A DNA stretch of 63,454 nucleotides, filler included, from Octopus bimaculoides (taxonomy: Eukaryota): the NCBI RefSeq assembly GCF_001194135.2. It is 5 parts of 4 records of this genome, joined end to end, with 100 filler letters (N's around TTAATTAATTAA, not from the genome) between each part and the next. Parts side by side here need not be neighbours in the genome. Positions count along the whole stretch, not along the records: positions 60,887 to 63,454 come from NC_068982.1; 4 more parts are not named here. The stretch is one strand, 5' to 3'. A model generated the notes under the pieces. It was not told the origin of the DNA and did not search any database. It saw only the letters and a program-made list of their open reading frames with translations. Shown one piece after another: positions 61,237-63,454 of the stretch (positions are counted from its first letter, which is position 1; every line of letters starts with the position of its first letter). A program made the position numbers and the translations under genes.

Positions 61237-62435
61237 AATAATAATAATAATAATAATGATCCTTTCTACTAAAGGCACATATGAATGATATTTATGCATT
61301 GTCTGAGTTTCATAATGTCACTATTTAATTTATTCAAAACAGATATGCTGAAAGTAGCGTATGGATAGGTTTAACGTTATCAGGTAAATCCTGGGTTACT
61401 AATGATCATCATCCTCAATCTTGGACGAATTGGAAAAAAGGTACGTAATGTGCAATTTTTATACAGATTTTCTATTATACGCCATTTATATTTTGTATTG
61501 AAGACATTTATGTAAACTACTTGTGTTGGTGAAATTGGTGTTTAAGTATGGCGCTGTTGTTTAATACCTGTTGGCATCGATCCTTATTAGAGAGACAAAT
61601 TAAACTAATTCATTCATGAGTCTCCTGCCTTGTTTCCTTTCATAGTCTACACCGGATTACACAATCAAACGTATTCTATTTAAGACGATAACAGTATAAT
61701 GTCAGAGAAGATATGGTTACTATGTCTGATTTATTGTGTAACTATGTAGAAGCCTGTTTGAACAGCCTGTGTACATGGGTGCTTTTATTTCCAAGATTAC
61801 TTCTGATCGAGCAGATTATGTACAAATTTAACACTTCTTACTCCATTTCCATAAAACAGGGAGCGCTTGATGATCAGCTTTTAAATATCTAAGTTTTAAC
61901 ATGTTAATCCTTTAGCTCCTACACTTATCCTGATAAGATGTGTTATTCTTATTTCTCTCATATCTAAATGTGGATATATAAGAAACGGCTTGTGAAACTG
62001 TCCATCTTCACAACGTAACTTATTTCATATTTATTGCTAATTACTTAGCATATAACTACATCTCTAGATGATTGCCTAACATAAACATTTGAAACTCAGT
62101 GGAAAGCATTTCTTCATCTTATACTGGACGTTCAGGTTCCTGTGTTTTTCTGTCGTTACACGTTTACTTTTTATAATGGTGATTATATAGGTACAAGATC
62201 ACACATTCTGGTGCTGGTTATAGTTGTATAAATCGATTCCAGAGCACATGAAATGTTCTTTGTTTCAACGACCATGGAGGAAAGAGTAGCAAAGTTGGCC
62301 TCAGAGGTGGGGGAGAATTTAAACTCAGAAAGTGATGGTCTGTAGAAAAACACCCCAAGCAATTTTATTCTACTTCGAACGAATCTATTAATTCCTGCGC
62401 CATTTTATCTTTTATAATATTACTGATATTTTTAA

Positions 62436-62667
62436 GACGGCGTGCTGGTAGTATCGTTAGCATGTCGGGCAAAATGGTTGGCGGCATTTCGTTCATCTTT
62501 ATGTTCTGAGTTCAAATTCAGAAACCATTATCCACCGTGGTCGACTTTCCCTTTCCCTTTCGTACTTTCGGGGTCGATAAAATAGGTAGGAGTTAAGCAC
62601 TGGAGTTGATGTAATCGACTTACAAAGTTCCCCAAAATTGCTGGCCCTTTACCAAAATTTGGAACCA
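62436..62667 (+). mobile_element. SINE B, full length with TSD (other copies 17805-17925, 20642-20852, 45560-45810, 52140-52300, 55000-55215 minus, 55270-55440 plus, 58075-58230 minus)
   Basis: GGCGTGCTGGTAGTATCGTTAG head, GTTCTGAGTTCAAATTC B-box region; TTACTGATATTT on both flanks (62420-62431, 62671-62682). Confidence 0.85.
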
Positions 62668-63454
62668 ATGTTACTGATATTTCTCGATCAACTCAACAGA
62701 ATTCAACTTAATATTTATTAAATGGATTAAAGTTATTGCATAAATCTGTGGATATTCTTTGTAGGATATTAGTCCACTGCACGGTGGGTCGAATCAGATG
62801 ATATTTCACTTTGTGGGCTTGTTACACTGCAACACACTTTTTAAAAAATCCTTTACGTTCTAAGCTTTGTAATAAAACGCAGCTTCCTAAAAGTAACTGG
62901 TTGTATTTGAGATGTTCCATTGGTTACGCTGTTAACTAAGCTTATTAGTAATATGAAATGGATAGCAGTTTTATACGAAATTTCTTGTTGGGTTTTTGAT
63001 ATATTTCATATTTTATAGTATGATGAAAGCATGTAACCGTGCCGGACAACCGTTATCATAATATCATGACAGGTGATTTATTTCAGCTTACCCAAGAAAA
63101 ACTACGGAAGTCATAAAGAATGGTGACGCATATTTCGTGGCAATATTGTCAAGATGACAACAACCAACAAATGATAAGTATGATAGATCCCGAGAACACT
63201 CAAAAGAAGAATACAAGAGATTATGTCGTTTTCCTAGAATAGATCTCTTTTCGGTCGCCTGAATTATTACTATAGTTTTTGACACATGGCACCTCTAAGA
63301 CGACGCCAGACGCTGAATGAAAATAAATGAATTGCAACCATGCTCAATAAAAAGAAGCCCGAGTTATTGGCTGAAATTACATACTTGAAGTCAGTGTTGG
63401 CAGAAATTAAACCAGCTTGCAAAGCCCGAGTACCGGAGTCTCCACTGATATATA

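Noticed and set aside
63088-63285. 65-aa minus ORF ending at a GTAAG donor-like site
   Set aside because: No similarity to FLII or any family I recognise; cannot support a call.
1-63454. CRISPR arrays, rRNA genes, functional tRNA genes, prokaryotic operons
   Set aside because: None seen. The sequence is eukaryotic with spliced genes, and tRNA-like segments are SINE heads or pseudogenes.

Overview
AT-rich, repeat-dense animal genomic DNA. The SINE/LINE repertoire points to an octopus (inference). It is a draft assembly with many N gaps. Four ~100-nt gaps carry an artificial six-frame-stop linker (TTAATTAATTAA), so the window is five joined pieces. Host genes recognised by manual splicing and translation: the last three coding exons of glutamate-cysteine ligase catalytic subunit (GCLC, +, 4.1-9.2 kb), the first coding (CARD) exon and probable promoter of DLG5 (-, 31.0-32.0 kb), and the terminal coding exon of Flightless-I (FLII, -, 47.75-47.88 kb). 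There is also an unidentified two-exon 3' end (+, 19.0-19.3 kb) and an orphan promoter/first exon (-, 51.8-51.95 kb). The rest is mobile DNA: several tRNA-derived SINE families, RTE LINE fragments (one with a twin-priming inversion; a PHD finger lies downstream of the RT core), a decayed Gypsy element, a near full-length DD37D (maT) transposon, mariner/hAT MITEs, R4/Dong-type fragments and Penelope-like element (PLE) remnants. The most notable signal is invisible to the ORF track: five type-I hammerhead ribozyme motifs from four apparently different repeat families within 23 kb, each with a palindromic or near-palindromic stem III. One (12790-12925, -) looks structurally intact. One sits downstream of a tRNA-type Pol III promoter, an architecture like a SINE/retrozyme. 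Almost all ORF-track entries are microsatellite, gap or TE-derived and not real proteins. All homology calls are from recalled family motifs, not database searches.
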